Assembly (NCBI GenBank): GCA_048938895.1
Contig: JBHLLU010000002.1
Location: forward strand, 32,001-96,000
Source of the DNA: Promethearchaeota archaeon
GTDB taxonomy: Archaea > Asgardarchaeota > Lokiarchaeia > Sigyniarchaeales > SOKP01
Direction of reading: 5' to 3'
DNA length: 64,000 bases
The notes beneath the pieces were generated by a model. That model saw only the letters and a program-made list of their open reading frames with translations, did no database searches and was not told where the DNA came from. Positions 30,179-40,916 of the stretch are shown here, one piece after another; position 1 is the stretch's first letter, and every line of letters starts with the position of its first letter. A program made the translations under genes and the position numbers.

Positions 30179-30583
30179 TTATTCGATAACATGTTTTATT
30201 TCCGAAAGGAACCTCTGTTCGCTATTGGAAAAGATTTTTCTGTCCCCTTTAAAATCTTCTATTAGAATTGTAGGATATATTTGAAAGAATCTTTCACATA
30301 TAAAATCTAATTCTTCATTAATTTTAGTTTCTTTAACATCCGGATCAGTACAAGCAAGAAAAATTAAATCATCCTTTTTTTTAATCGTAATTAATGTATT
30401 TCCCCATTCAATATTCGATAATTCACCATTAGCAATGTGTTTGGTTAAACTCTCAAAAGCGGTTAGGACTTGGCCAAAAAACTCAGAACAAAAGGCTTGA
30501 TCGTTAATACGTTCAAATACAATATTATTTTTTTTATCTAATATAGCAAGATTTTCAAAAAATTTTCCCAAATGAATCCCCAA
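30179..30583 (-). CDS. Longin/roadblock-like small protein
   Basis: LAILDKKNNIVF, FGQVLTAFESL, RFFQIY...FKGDRKIF; same pattern as 29303-29701. Confidence 0.65.
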   Translation of the reverse strand: MGIHLGKFFENLAILDKKNNIVFERINDQAFCSEFFGQVLTAFESLTKHIANGELSNIEWGNTLITIKKKDDLIFLACTDPDVKETKINEELDFICERFFQIYPTILIEDFKGDRKIFSNSEQRFLSEIKHVIE

Positions 30584-30831
30584 TTTTATTGTTAACCTTT
30601 AAAGATTATTAGTGAGTAAGTCCTTATTAAATAAATTTTTTTTCAGTTATTTTAATTTTAGCATATTGCATTGTCTTTCGTTGATAGTATAAATTATAAA
30701 ATTTACTCTAAAGTCAGCAATATAAGGAATGAGTGCTTACTTTAAAATAAATTAATTAAGGTTCATTTTGTTTATTAGTATAAACAATTTAATCTGAAGA
30801 AATTCTTAAAAAAACTCTAAGGTGAAATTAT

Positions 30832-31545
30832 ATTAGCTTTGATTGGTCAAAAGCAGAAGAAGAACCAGAAAGAATTTTTAAAGTTGAAGGAAAATACCTT
30901 TTAGATCTTCGTGCTAAAACAACAGATTTAGAAAAAAGTATTGTAAATTATAGAGAAAATACAAAAAAGGCAACTGAGGCATTAGAAGTGGCAAATGCAG
31001 AGCTGAATAATCTTAAAAAAAATGTTGATACGGCGAATTCAGAAAGCAAAGAATTGAAAGAAAATAATGTAAAATTAGTAGCTGATTTAAATGCACGTTT
31101 TGAAGAAGTAAAAGCATTGAAATTAAAAATAGCAGATGCAGAGAATAAAGTATCCCAATATGAAGAGTATAAAAATCAAGCTACTATTAAAAACAATGAG
31201 CTTGAGTCAAAAATTAACGATTTGAAGGCTAAAAATAGTGAGAAAGAGAAAGAAATTGAATCATTGAAAAAAGATTTAGATATCCTAAAGAGTGAAACTG
31301 AAAGTAAATTAACATCATTGAGAAATGAGTTATCTGAGAATAAAAGCAATAAGCAAAATCTTGAGAAAAAAATAGAAGACAATGAAGGGATCATATTAGA
31401 ATTGAAGAAAAGAAATAAAGAATTAGAAACCCAAATACTTCAAGCTATAAATATTCCCAAGCTATTAAAAGAGGTAAAAGAAGTTTTACAGCACAAAGGG
31501 TTCATCTCTGAGATGGAATTTGAAAATATAATGAAAAGATTATAA
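30832..31545 (+). CDS. Coiled-coil protein, probably starting at ATT 30832 (ORF track start GTG 30988)
   Basis: The frame is open from 30826; SD AAGGTGA at 30819-30825; heptad-rich E/K/L body; C-terminal KGFISEMEF. Confidence 0.75.
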   Translation: MSFDWSKAEEEPERIFKVEGKYLLDLRAKTTDLEKSIVNYRENTKKATEALEVANAELNNLKKNVDTANSESKELKENNVKLVADLNARFEEVKALKLKIADAENKVSQYEEYKNQATIKNNELESKINDLKAKNSEKEKEIESLKKDLDILKSETESKLTSLRNELSENKSNKQNLEKKIEDNEGIILELKKRNKELETQILQAINIPKLLKEVKEVLQHKGFISEMEFENIMKRL

Positions 31546-31691
31546 CCTGATTTTACATACTTTTCTAAATTTATTTCTTACCTAACCAAGTTCTAAAGAA
31601 GAATTGGACTACTAATATTTTATTAGCTATAAAATTTATCTCTTAATTAAAACCAATATTATGAAAATTCTTGTAGTAATAGTTAGCAAAG

Positions 31692-31922
31692 TTGGTGATA
31701 ATTGTTAGCGATAATTCGAAAAATAAAGATTTGGAAGAAATACCAGAGATAAAAAAATATTTTTCAAGGATTTTTACCGTAATGCCTAAAGAAATTAGAG
31801 ATAGAATGAAGCATTTAGATATTCCTAAGGAAAAAAAGAAAATATTGAAAAATAAAGTAGCTTTTTTATCAAAAAAGAATCAAATTAAATATTTGGATGA
31901 AATGAAAAGATTATATGACTAA
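31692..31922 (+). CDS. Small basic hypothetical protein
   Basis: 76-aa ORF filling the gap on the strand of its neighbours. Confidence 0.6.
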   Translation: MVIIVSDNSKNKDLEEIPEIKKYFSRIFTVMPKEIRDRMKHLDIPKEKKKILKNKVAFLSKKNQIKYLDEMKRLYD

Positions 31923-31995
31923 CTTCTTATGAAAATTTACCTTTTCAACTATCTCTGAATTTTTTCTTTTTCCTTATAAAAATTTAAAGTATAAC

Positions 31996-32025
31996 TAATA
32001 ACTGATAAAATAAAATTAGTTATTA
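31996..32025. promoter_or_regulatory. Inverted repeat upstream of hdrC (candidate operator)
   Basis: TAATAACTGAT-N8-ATTAGTTATTA, 10/11 complementary. Confidence 0.3.
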
Positions 32026-32177
32026 AGTATCGATAACAAATTTTTTTAAGAAAAATACTTTTACCTTCATAAGATTATCGATGGTTTTGTTTGATCAAAC
32101 ACAATAAGTAAATATCTTGTTATTTTACAAAATCGTAAATCAATTTTTAAAAATTATTGACGAGATTCGAAATAAAT

Positions 32178-32786
32178 ATGAGCGAGAATGTAGAAAAATA
32201 TATTAAAAGAAAAGTGTATAAGGCTACAAGCTCAAAAATAGCTCAAAAATTTGTCGATGCCGGTTTAGAAAAACTTAGAGCTTGCATAAATTGTGGTACA
32301 TGCACAGGTGGATGTCCTTCAGGAAGAAGGACCGCATATCGCACCAGATCTGCTATTAGACGTGCATTAACTGGGGATGAATCTGTATTGAAAGATATTG
32401 ATATATGGCTTTGTTCTACTTGTTATTATTGTTATGAGCGTTGCCCCAGAAATATTCCTGTCACTGACATGATTATTAAACTTAGAAATATTGCAGTTGA
32501 GGAGGGATATATTTTAGATGCGCATTTTGGATTAGCAAATAATATTTTTTATGCTACAGGGCATGGAGTGCCTGCTAATGGTGAAAATAATAAAAAGTGG
32601 AGAGACTTAAGAGAATCATATGGATTACCTCCATTACCACCTACAGTACATTCCTATCCTGAGGCTGTGAAGGAGTGCCAAACACTTATGAAAGAAGTGG
32701 GATTTCGAGATTTAATGGACAATGTTGAAAAATTAAAGGAAGAACGAAAAAAAGAAGATGAAAAACATGAGGGAGAATCAAAATGA
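32178..32786 (+). CDS. hdrC: Heterodisulfide reductase subunit C
   Basis: CINCGTCTGGCPSG and IWLCSTCYYCYERCPR. Confidence 0.95.
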   Translation: MSENVEKYIKRKVYKATSSKIAQKFVDAGLEKLRACINCGTCTGGCPSGRRTAYRTRSAIRRALTGDESVLKDIDIWLCSTCYYCYERCPRNIPVTDMIIKLRNIAVEEGYILDAHFGLANNIFYATGHGVPANGENNKKWRDLRESYGLPPLPPTVHSYPEAVKECQTLMKEVGFRDLMDNVEKLKEERKKEDEKHEGESK

Positions 32787-33733
32787 ATGAGGATTATAAA
32801 TGGCATTATGGCCTTTTTTTAGGTTGTGTAATTCCAAACCGGTATCCCATGATAGAAGCTTCAATTCGTAGTGTTTTTGAACATTTGAATGCTGAGTTAT
32901 TAGATTTACCAGGAGCATCATGTTGTCCGGCACCAGGAGTTTTTAGAGCATTTCACATTCCAACGTGGCTTGTAATTGCTGCTAGAAATATTGCTATTGC
33001 AGAAGAATTAGGAGTAAGTCCTCTTACTGGTTGCAATGGGTGTTATGGAACTCTTAGAGACGCTTGGTACGAACTTGAACATGAATTTGATATGAAGAAA
33101 AAAGTTAATGAATATCTAGCTAAAATAAACCGTGTATATAAAGGGAATTTAGAACCAAAACATGTGGTTCAAGCTTTATACCTCGATATGGGAATTGATT
33201 ATCTCAAAGATCATATTAAATATAAATTTTCAGATTTAAAGGTTGCTGTCCATTATGGATGTCACATTGTAAAACCAAGTGATAAGAGACCGTGGGAAGG
33301 TGAATATGAAGCTCCAACATTTCTTGATCGAATTGTAGAATTAACAGGAGCAAAAAGCATAGATTATAAAGATAAATTTATGTGTTGTGGTGCTGGAGGT
33401 GCTGTAAGAACAGCAGTGAAAGAAGTTGCTGACGATTTTACTCGGGAAAAATTAACAAATATGCGAAATGCAGGAGTGGATATTATCATTGATTGTTGTC
33501 CGTTTTGCCATTTACAATTAGATCTCGGACAAATGGAAGTAAATAATTTGTTTACTAATGAAATTGGTGAACCATTCAAAATTCCCGTAATATATATCAC
33601 TCAACTATTAGGAGTTGCGTTTGGGATAGATCCAAATTTATTAGGATTAATTAAAAATCATGATTTACAAGGTGTTTCTCCCTTTATTTCAGTGGATCCA
33701 TTCCTCAATATTGTAAAAGAACAATTAGTATAG
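32783..33733 (+). CDS. hdrB: Heterodisulfide reductase subunit B
   Basis: FLGCVIP, SCCPAPG, CNGC, HYGCH, CCGAGG, CPFCHLQLD (two CCG domains). Confidence 0.96.
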   Translation: MNEDYKWHYGLFLGCVIPNRYPMIEASIRSVFEHLNAELLDLPGASCCPAPGVFRAFHIPTWLVIAARNIAIAEELGVSPLTGCNGCYGTLRDAWYELEHEFDMKKKVNEYLAKINRVYKGNLEPKHVVQALYLDMGIDYLKDHIKYKFSDLKVAVHYGCHIVKPSDKRPWEGEYEAPTFLDRIVELTGAKSIDYKDKFMCCGAGGAVRTAVKEVADDFTREKLTNMRNAGVDIIIDCCPFCHLQLDLGQMEVNNLFTNEIGEPFKIPVIYITQLLGVAFGIDPNLLGLIKNHDLQGVSPFISVDPFLNIVKEQLV

Positions 33734-33746
33734 GTGGATAAAGAGA

Positions 33747-35744
33747 TTGACAGAAATTAAAAAGGAAATTAAAGTCACTGGAAATGAAAGACCGAAAATT
33801 GGAGTCTTTATTTGTCATTGTGGAGTAAATATTGGTGGTGTCGTTTCGGTTCCAGATTTAGTGGAATATGCTAAAACACTTCCTAATGTAGAAGTTGCAG
33901 AGGAATATAAATTCTTTTGTTCTGATGTGGGGCAAAAGATGATAAAAGAAGATATAGAAGCAGGTAAGATAAATAGGGTGGTAGTGGCAGCTTGTTCTCC
34001 TAGAATGCACGAACCAACGTTTAGAATCGCCTGTAAAGAAGCGGGATTGAATCAGTTTTTGTTTGAAATGGCTAATATCAGGGAACATTCAACTTGGGTT
34101 CATATGAGAGAGCCTGAAGGTGCATATGAAACTGCAAAAGATCATATTAGAATGGCTGTAGCGAAAGCAAGAGAGTTAATACCCTTGGAAGTTCAAAAAG
34201 TAAAGGTAGAACCTAAATGCTTAATTATTGGGGGCGGGATTGCTGGAATGAATGCTGCTTTAGATCTAGCGACTGAAGGGTATAAGGTGTATTTAGTTGA
34301 AAAAACCCCCACAATCGGTGGACATATGGCTCAACTTGATAAAACTTTTCCCACTATGGATTGTTCTTCCTGTATTTTAACTCCTAAGATGAGTGAAGTA
34401 TCCCGAGAGAAAAATATTGAACTCTTAACTTACTCAGAAGTTGTGGAAGTAACAGGTTATGTAGGTAATTTTGATGTTACTATTTTAAAGAAACCTCACT
34501 ATGTAGATCAAGAAAAGTGTACAGGATGTGGAATATGTGTTGATTATTGTCCTGTGGTTGTTGGAAATGAATTTGATCTAGGATTAGCGACACGAAAAGC
34601 TATTTATGTTCCTTTTCCCCAGGCCGTTCCCGGTCAATATACTATAGATATGGATCATTGTATAAAATGTGGGATATGTGCAAGAATAGATGTTTGTGAA
34701 CCTGAAGCAATTAATTATGATGATGAACCAGAAGAAATCAAGATTAAAGTGGGTACTATAATAGTTGCTACAGGATGGGACTTATTTGATCCCACCGGAT
34801 TAAAACAATATGGTTATGGAAGATATCCTAATGTTATAACTGGGCTCCAAATGGAACGTTTATTGAGTTCGTTTGGACCAGTAGTAGGAAGGCCTGTGCG
34901 TCCTTCGGATTTAAAAGAACCTCATAGTATAGCCTTTTTGCAATGTGTAGGAAGTAGATATTTTAGGGAGGGTGGAAATCAATATTGTTCTAGAGTTTGT
35001 TGTATGTATGCAACAAAACAAGCAAGACAATATAAAGAAAAGCATCCTGATGCTGATGTATATATATTCTATATGGATATTAGAGCATTCGGTAAAGGTT
35101 ATGAAGAGTTCTATGAATCAGCTGCAAGAAATTTTGGAATAAACTATATCAGGGGAAGAATCGCAGAAGTAAGTGAAGATGAGGATCATAATATCATTAT
35201 TCGAGCTGAAGACACTTTAATGCAACAGCCTATTGAATTAAAAGTAGATTTATTTGTTCTTTCAACAGGTATAGAACCAAGGGCAGATTCAGATATGATA
35301 ACTTCTTTACTGAGAATCCAGAAGTCCGCTGATGGGTTTTTCTTGGAAGCCCATCCAAAATTAAGACCTGTTGATACTTTAACAGAAGGTATTTTTATTG
35401 CTGGTGTAGCTCAAGGGCCTAAAGATATTCCTGATGCAGTAGCTCAAGCTAAAGGTGCTGCTTCAAGTGCTTCTGCATTAATGGCTCAAGGAGAAGTGGA
35501 AGTTGAACCATTTTTCGCAGTGGTACGTGCAGAGCGCTGTATTGGTTGCGGAATGTGTGTTGAAAATTGCGCGTATGGGGCAATTGATCTTGTTGATGAT
35601 AAACGATTTGGAACTATTGCAAAGATTAATGAAGCCCTATGTAAAGGATGTGGTGCTTGTTCAGGAAATTGTAGATGTTCCGCAATTGATATCAAGGGAT
35701 TTACAGGAGAACAAATTTACTCTATAATAACTGGAAGATTATAA
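33747..35744 (+). CDS. hdrA: Heterodisulfide reductase subunit A (all-Cys, no Sec)
   Basis: FICHCGVNI, AACSPRMHE, ANIREH, GGGIAG, LDKTFPTMDCSSC, QCVGSR, CSRVCC, QGPKDIP and ferredoxin motifs. Confidence 0.97.
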   Translation: MTEIKKEIKVTGNERPKIGVFICHCGVNIGGVVSVPDLVEYAKTLPNVEVAEEYKFFCSDVGQKMIKEDIEAGKINRVVVAACSPRMHEPTFRIACKEAGLNQFLFEMANIREHSTWVHMREPEGAYETAKDHIRMAVAKARELIPLEVQKVKVEPKCLIIGGGIAGMNAALDLATEGYKVYLVEKTPTIGGHMAQLDKTFPTMDCSSCILTPKMSEVSREKNIELLTYSEVVEVTGYVGNFDVTILKKPHYVDQEKCTGCGICVDYCPVVVGNEFDLGLATRKAIYVPFPQAVPGQYTIDMDHCIKCGICARIDVCEPEAINYDDEPEEIKIKVGTIIVATGWDLFDPTGLKQYGYGRYPNVITGLQMERLLSSFGPVVGRPVRPSDLKEPHSIAFLQCVGSRYFREGGNQYCSRVCCMYATKQARQYKEKHPDADVYIFYMDIRAFGKGYEEFYESAARNFGINYIRGRIAEVSEDEDHNIIIRAEDTLMQQPIELKVDLFVLSTGIEPRADSDMITSLLRIQKSADGFFLEAHPKLRPVDTLTEGIFIAGVAQGPKDIPDAVAQAKGAASSASALMAQGEVEVEPFFAVVRAERCIGCGMCVENCAYGAIDLVDDKRFGTIAKINEALCKGCGACSGNCRCSAIDIKGFTGEQIYSIITGRL

Positions 35745-35802
35745 CCATATTTATTCCATTTTTTTACCTAATTTTAATGTATGCTTGATAAGCAGAAAAT
35801 AA

Positions 35803-36288
35803 CTAACGAGGTATCCATTTAGGAACTCTCTTCTTGTATTCTAAATATTTCTCCTTAAATAATATTTCAAGCTGTTTCTCCTCATAAGTAGCTAATCGAT
35901 CATAAATAATAAAAACTATTATCCAAATTGCAAAAGATATCAAGGAAATCGATAAAAAATTGCATGATAGATATATGAGTAAAACGCCAAGATACATTGG
36001 ATGCCTTACATGCTTAAAAATTCCTTCGGTTATAAGTTCATCCTTATTTTCAGGAGTTCGAAATAATATATTATGGGAACTTCGAATTAGTAAATAAGCT
36101 ATAACGATCAGGATAATAAATATTACAATTCTGACGATTAAATGAATAAAATTGTTTAATAGGATTGAGAAGGAAAAAACTAACGAATCAAGAATCCAAA
36201 CTGATGTAAAGGTAATCATAGAAAGCAATTGGAAGAGATGAGAATGAGGCGCTTCGATTCCTAATCTATGTTCTTGATGAGGACTCAT
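35803..36288 (-). CDS. Isoprenylcysteine carboxyl methyltransferase/PEMT-family membrane protein
   Basis: LITEGIFKHVRHPMYLG, EE..L...F...Y..Y...VPKWIP. Confidence 0.88.
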   Translation of the reverse strand: MSPHQEHRLGIEAPHSHLFQLLSMITFTSVWILDSLVFSFSILLNNFIHLIVRIVIFIILIVIAYLLIRSSHNILFRTPENKDELITEGIFKHVRHPMYLGVLLIYLSCNFLSISLISFAIWIIVFIIYDRLATYEEKQLEILFKEKYLEYKKRVPKWIPR

Positions 36289-36389
36289 TTTTTAACAGAT
36301 TTATAACTTTTTTTGTTATTTTTTTTTAATCTTAATATAGAAATTAGGCATACCTAAAAAAAGTGACTATAGATTATAGATAATTATAG

Positions 36390-38471
36390 TTAATTTTCCC
36401 AAGTAGATTGCAGTAATTTCATTGCTTGGGTAATATCATGAGTTGGTGGTTTACAAATTTTATTTATACAAATATAAGCTGTTGCTTTTTTATCCAAATT
36501 AATGAAAAATTCTACAAAATTAGATAATTTATCAATATCTGGAATTTCTTGATCAATATTTCTCTTTAATATCACTTTGTTAGGAATATATTCATTTCTA
36601 AAAGCCTCAATCATTGTTTTTGTATCCTCATCCTCCGTATTACCAGCAACTACTAATGAATATGTTGGGCCAATAGCAAAATCAACAGCTACCAAGAATT
36701 GAGTATGAGCCAAAGGATTACTTCTAATTCGTTCTGAAAAGACTTTATTTAAAATATAAGCTTTTTCCTCTAACTCTGAATCTCCTGTGATATAACTTAA
36801 TCTTAGTAAATTCAACATAGCTATTGAATTACCAGAGGGAATAGCTCCGTCATATACTTCCTTTTGACGTGTCAATAATTCTTCTGCATTTTTAGCTGTA
36901 AAATAAAATCCACCGATATTATCATCCCAAAAATCTATTAATTGAATAGCATGTAGTTTTATCGCGCATTCTAAATAAAAAATATCGAAGGTGGCTTCAT
37001 ATAATTCAATTAATCCCCAAATAAGAAAACTATAATCTGTCAAATAACCATCAATTTCTGTGCTGCCATCTTTATAGCGATGGAGAAGTCTATCATTTGA
37101 ATCAAAAAAGTTTGAAAAGATGAAATTTACAGCATTTTTAGCTATTTTTAGATATGAATCTTCCTTAAAAACAATAGCTCCTTTAGCTAAAGCAGCAATC
37201 ATTAATCCATTCCAATCTGTTAGGATTTTTTTATCTTTATGGGGATGAATTCTTTTGTCCCTTTCTTCAAATAATACTTTTCGAATCTGTTCAGCCTTTT
37301 GTTGATGTTCATTTATTATGAATTCCTTAAGATGTAAAATATTTTTTGTTGTTTTTTTCCCTGTAGCCTCTTCTAAGTAATTACCTAATTCTTCTACATT
37401 ATAGGTTTCTGTAACAAATTCGAGATCAACGCTATTTAATATACTTGCTAATTCTATTTTAGACCAAACATAGAATTTTCCTTCTTCACCTTCACTATCT
37501 GCATCTTCAGCTGAATAAAAACCTCCCTCCGGAGATAACATATCCCTTATTACATATCTAAAGATTTCTTGTGCTGTATTTTTATATATCTCTTTATTTG
37601 TTGCCTGATAGGCTTCAATATAAGCCATAGCAATTAGCGCTTGGTCATAAAGCATTTTTTCAAAATGAGGTAAGAGCCAAGATGAATCTGTTGAATAGCG
37701 ATGGAAACCAAAACCAATATGATCATAAATTCCACCCTTTCTCATTTCTTGAAGGGTTTGCTCTACCATTTCTAATGCATTTTTTTCCCCAGTACGCTTC
37801 CAAAACCTCAGTAAAAATATAAGATTATGAGGTGTTGGGAATTTAGGGCGAGTACCAAATCCCCCATAAGTTTCATCAAATTGACTTTCTAATAATTGAT
37901 ATGTTTTTTTAAGAGTTTTTTTTGTAAATTCTGCTCCAGGTGCTTCTTGATCGAGATTTTGGAGACTAAAGGCTATTTTATCGGCCGAGTTTACTAATTC
38001 ATGTCTCTCGTTATTCCAAAGTTCTTTTATTCTGTTAATTAACTCCACTAATCCTATTCGGTTAAATCTCGTATGTTTAGGGAAATAAGTTCCTGCGAAA
38101 AATGGCTTTTTTTCAGGAGTCATAATTATTGTAAGAGGCCAACCACCTGAGCCTGTCATCATTTGACAAACAGTCATATAGATTTTATCTATATCGAGGC
38201 GTTCTTCTCTATCTACTTTTATAGAAATGAAAGTTTCATTCATTAATTTAGCAACATCTTCATCTTCAAACGATTCATGAGCCATAACATGACACCAGTG
38301 GCATGTAGAATATCCTATCGATAAAAATACAGGTTTATTCTCATGTTTAGCCTTAAGAAAAGCCTCATCCCCCCAAGGATACCAATCTACGGGATTATGA
38401 GCATGTTGTAGTAAGTAAGGGCTTTTTTCATTTATAAGTTTATTTGGTTTTATCAGAGTTGAATCAGTCAA
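36390..38471 (-). CDS. YyaL/SPATA20-like thioredoxin-domain protein (DUF255)
   Basis: [48 protein letters not shown]. Confidence 0.95.
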   Translation of the reverse strand: MTDSTLIKPNKLINEKSPYLLQHAHNPVDWYPWGDEAFLKAKHENKPVFLSIGYSTCHWCHVMAHESFEDEDVAKLMNETFISIKVDREERLDIDKIYMTVCQMMTGSGGWPLTIIMTPEKKPFFAGTYFPKHTRFNRIGLVELINRIKELWNNERHELVNSADKIAFSLQNLDQEAPGAEFTKKTLKKTYQLLESQFDETYGGFGTRPKFPTPHNLIFLLRFWKRTGEKNALEMVEQTLQEMRKGGIYDHIGFGFHRYSTDSSWLLPHFEKMLYDQALIAMAYIEAYQATNKEIYKNTAQEIFRYVIRDMLSPEGGFYSAEDADSEGEEGKFYVWSKIELASILNSVDLEFVTETYNVEELGNYLEEATGKKTTKNILHLKEFIINEHQQKAEQIRKVLFEERDKRIHPHKDKKILTDWNGLMIAALAKGAIVFKEDSYLKIAKNAVNFIFSNFFDSNDRLLHRYKDGSTEIDGYLTDYSFLIWGLIELYEATFDIFYLECAIKLHAIQLIDFWDDNIGGFYFTAKNAEELLTRQKEVYDGAIPSGNSIAMLNLLRLSYITGDSELEEKAYILNKVFSERIRSNPLAHTQFLVAVDFAIGPTYSLVVAGNTEDEDTKTMIEAFRNEYIPNKVILKRNIDQEIPDIDKLSNFVEFFINLDKKATAYICINKICKPPTHDITQAMKLLQSTWEN

Positions 38472-38634
38472 TTAAACATCACCATTCTAATAAATCAATA
38501 TAAGGTGTAAATATCAAACTATTGCTTATATTTCATGGGGTAATATATTTAATGTCAAACTAATCTAAAGATAAAAAGTAGGAAACATAATAATATATAA
38601 ATTATATTTTTCGAGTTTAACTAGGTGAAAAAAA

Positions 38635-39201
38635 ATGAAAGTGGTATTGTTTAATGGAAGTCCCCGAAAAAAAGGAAATACATTTCATTGTTTGAATACA
38701 GTAATGGAGGAATTAAAATCTGCTGGGATTGAGTGTAAATATATATGGATAGGCATGGAAAAGCTACAAGGATGTACCGCTTGTAATCAATGTGTAGTAA
38801 ATAACGACCAGAAATGTGTTATCGAGGGGGATAAAATGAATGATTATATTCAAGAAATACTTCAGGCAGATGGAATAATTATTGGTTCTCCTACTTATTT
38901 TTCTGATTTATCAGTAGCTACTAAAGCTTTAATTGAACGAGCGGGTTTTGCAACTGGTAGACTTTTAAAAAATAAATTAGGGGCTGCTGTCGTAGCTGTT
39001 CGAAGAGCGGGAGCTAACCATGTATTTTCAAGTATCAATTATTTCTTTTTAATAAAAGAAATGATTGTAATTGGGAGTACTTATTGGAATATGGGAATAG
39101 GAAGAGCTCCAGGAGAAGTTTTAGATGATATAGAAGGGATACAAACCTTTAAGAATTTAGGTAAAAATTTTGCTTATGTGCTTAAAAAAATGAATGCTTA
39201 A
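38635..39201 (+). CDS. Iron-sulfur flavoprotein (flavodoxin-like, Isf family)
   Basis: GSPRKKGNT, CTACNQC....C, GSPTYF, RRAG. Confidence 0.9.
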   Translation: MKVVLFNGSPRKKGNTFHCLNTVMEELKSAGIECKYIWIGMEKLQGCTACNQCVVNNDQKCVIEGDKMNDYIQEILQADGIIIGSPTYFSDLSVATKALIERAGFATGRLLKNKLGAAVVAVRRAGANHVFSSINYFFLIKEMIVIGSTYWNMGIGRAPGEVLDDIEGIQTFKNLGKNFAYVLKKMNA

Positions 39202-39232
39202 TTTTTTTTTTCTATTTGTTAGAAGTATCCAA

Positions 39233-39793
39233 TCATTTGTTTCCATAATTATCAATGAAGATAAAGTCTGCTAATTTCTTTCTTGGGGGTCTCTGCTTCT
39301 CCCCCAATTTCATAGCATCAGAAAGAACGGGATTGATTTCATTTGAATGTTTCCCAATAATTACAAGTGTAATTAGTCTCATCTCTTCAGGTATCTGTAA
39401 GATTTCTTTTGCCTGAGTTTCTCTAAATCCAGCAATAGGGTGGGCTACTAAACCTAACTCAGTTGCTCGCAAAATCAAAAATGCTGTGGACATTCCTGTA
39501 TCAAATAAATAGTATAATCGTTCCTTAATCATACAATCATTTTCGGGTTTGCTAAATATTGCTATAATCATCGAAGCTTTTTCTACCCATTTATTTCCTT
39601 CTGAAAGAGTAGTAAACAACTCTTTTAAAATGCCTTGATCTCGTACAAAAATAAAATTCCAAGGTTGTTTATTAGCACATGAAGGAGTTATTTGGACTAC
39701 TTGGGCCAAATCAAGAATCAATTCATCATTTATTGCAACGGGATCTAGTGATCTATAAGCTCTTCTTCTTTTTATTGCATCTATAACATCCAT
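39233..39793 (-). CDS. Nitroreductase family protein
   Basis: RRAYRS, PSCANKQPW, DTG, ATELGLVAHPIAG. Confidence 0.9.
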   Translation of the reverse strand: MDVIDAIKRRRAYRSLDPVAINDELILDLAQVVQITPSCANKQPWNFIFVRDQGILKELFTTLSEGNKWVEKASMIIAIFSKPENDCMIKERLYYLFDTGMSTAFLILRATELGLVAHPIAGFRETQAKEILQIPEEMRLITLVIIGKHSNEINPVLSDAMKLGEKQRPPRKKLADFIFIDNYGNK

Positions 39794-39819
39794 AATAAGA
39801 GAAAAAAATTATTAAAAAT

Positions 39820-40305
39820 TCATTTTTTTAATTTTGTTAAAACGTTTTGTACATCTTCGGCATGACCGTTAACAGACACTTTCGGCCAAATATGCACTAT
39901 CTTTCCTTCTGGGTCTATTAAAAATGTACTTCGAACGACACCCATATATTCTTTTCCTCCAAATTTCTTTAGAGCCCATTTTCCATATTCTTTAATCACC
40001 TTTATCTCAATATCACTTAGCAATGTAACTTTTAAATTCTTCTTTTCAATGAATTTAGCATGAGATTCAGGACTATCTGGGCTTACACCAATAACTACTG
40101 CATCCAGCTTTTCTAATTTTGGTAAAATCCCCGTAAAACCTATTGCTTCAGTTGTACATCCTGGTGTATTATCTTTAGGGTAAAAATAGAGAATTACATA
40201 TTTGCCTTTAAAATCATCAAGACACCTCTCTTCATTATCTTTATCGGGGAGACAGAATTTTGGGGCGTCAGAACCAACTTTTAATTCAATTATTTGTTGT
40301 GTCAT
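39820..40305 (-). CDS. bcp: Peroxiredoxin Bcp/PrxQ
   Basis: YFYPKDNTPGCTTEA, GVSPD, RSTFLID. Confidence 0.95.
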   Translation of the reverse strand: MTQQIIELKVGSDAPKFCLPDKDNEERCLDDFKGKYVILYFYPKDNTPGCTTEAIGFTGILPKLEKLDAVVIGVSPDSPESHAKFIEKKNLKVTLLSDIEIKVIKEYGKWALKKFGGKEYMGVVRSTFLIDPEGKIVHIWPKVSVNGHAEDVQNVLTKLKK

Positions 40306-40499
40306 ATCTTACTCAATTTGAATTGGATCTATTAATAATATACTAATTAAAAATAGGTTCTTTGTATTATCAATATTCGCGTTATGAAGTATTAGACTGA
40401 AATAAAAAGAGTTTAATAAAATAACAATGTAAATAATTTTAATTAATAAATTATAATATCATTTTTAGTAATTTTTAGTAATGAAGTGGAGGAAACAAG

Positions 40500-40916
40500 A
40501 TGAGCGAGAATTTTAACGATTTTCCTGTCGTTATGGAGATACCAGTTCGATGGGGTGATATGGATGCAAGAGGGCATGTTAATAACACAATCTATTATCG
40601 TTATTTTGAGAGTACGCGAATTGCTTTATTCCAATATTTCGATATATATGAAGAACCTACGGAAGTTCATGTAGGACCAATTTTATCATTTCAAAGTTGC
40701 TACTATAAAGCACCATTAGTCTATCCAGATACAGTTTTGGTTGGGGCAAAAATTATAGGTATAGAAGGATCTAAAATAATTATAAAGCATCTATTGTTTA
40801 GTAAGAAATTGAATAGGATAGCTGCTGAAGGTGAAGCTCATATTATTTGGTATAATTATGAAGAGAAGAAAAAAGTCAACATCTCAGATGAACTTAAGAG
40901 CAGCTTACTAGGTTAA
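40500..40916 (+). CDS. 4HBT/YbgC-type acyl-CoA thioesterase
   Basis: VRWGDMDARGHVNNTIYYRYFE. Confidence 0.92.
   Translation: MSENFNDFPVVMEIPVRWGDMDARGHVNNTIYYRYFESTRIALFQYFDIYEEPTEVHVGPILSFQSCYYKAPLVYPDTVLVGAKIIGIEGSKIIIKHLLFSKKLNRIAAEGEAHIIWYNYEEKKKVNISDELKSSLLG

Noticed and set aside
33747-35744. Possible selenocysteine recoding in HdrA or other redox genes
   Set aside because: No in-frame TGA (TMDCSSC is all Cys), and I saw no TGA-split ORF pair or convincing SECIS.
35803-36288. ICMT-like gene as a eukaryotic prenylation signature
   Set aside because: The family is widespread in prokaryotes, and the GTPase here has no CaaX motif.
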